A DNA stretch of 64,000 nt, taken from the NCBI GenBank assembly GCA_963676395.1, contig OY781066.1, forward strand, positions 416,001-480,000, in the 5' to 3' direction. Each line of letters begins with the position of its first letter. Positions within the stretch are counted from its first letter, which is position 1. The position numbers and the translations under genes are program-made. This DNA is from a bacterium. GTDB lineage: Bacteria; Fidelibacterota; Fidelibacteria; Fidelibacterales; Fidelibacteraceae. The notes beneath the pieces are model-generated. The model did no database searches, was not told the DNA's origin, and was given only the letters and a program-made list of their open reading frames with translations. Below, piece by piece: positions 63,918 through 64,000 of this stretch.

Positions 63918-64000
63918 TTACTTTTTCTTCCGACGTGCAACAATGTATTTGTTGCTCGGATTATTTTTCTTACGGGTTTTATAACCTTTGGTCGGTTTAC
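63918..64000 (-). CDS. rplB: 50S ribosomal protein L2, C-terminal fragment (runs off the window)
   Basis: Manual translation KPTKGYKTRKKNNPSNKYIVARRKKK-stop. Confidence 0.93.
   Translation of the reverse strand, partial: KPTKGYKTRKKNNPSNKYIVARRKKK

Overview
AT-rich bacterial chromosome window, mostly housekeeping genes. YPNPFNP-type T9SS C-terminal domains and the secY-map-infA-rpmJ-rpsM-rpsK-rpsD-rpoA-rplQ order suggest an FCB-group organism, plausibly an anaerobic Marinimicrobia/Fidelibacterota-like lineage (inference). From left to right: a type II fatty acid synthesis cluster (acpP, fabH, fabG, fabF, fabZ), plsX, rnr, gatA, a secreted metalloprotease and yigZ; a ~5 kb accessory island (two lipoproteins, a five-repeat CARDB-like T9SS protein, a divergent Cro-like/CI-like regulator pair); aspS, DUF819, a B12 radical SAM enzyme, a nitroreductase, nifU-nifS-upp; a long minus-strand metabolic block (APC permease-EIIA fusion, pgi, kbl/tdh, Na+-pumping methylmalonyl-CoA decarboxylase with mutase and epimerase, wzc and a PHP phosphatase, cca); a complete rRNA operon (16S-Ile-Ala-23S-5S); two glycosyltransferases and YihY; and the S10-spc-alpha ribosomal protein cluster from rplQ to partial rplB. 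Most interesting: (1) an orphan phage-type CI/Cro switch whose CI appears to have lost its autoprotease dyad and cleavage site and which precedes a secreted-protein operon rather than phage genes; (2) an unannotated ~150 nt highly structured element with alternative pairings and its own sigma70 promoter between plsX and rnr; (3) five tandem sigma70 promoters ahead of the 16S gene. All functional calls come from motif recognition by eye; no searches were run.
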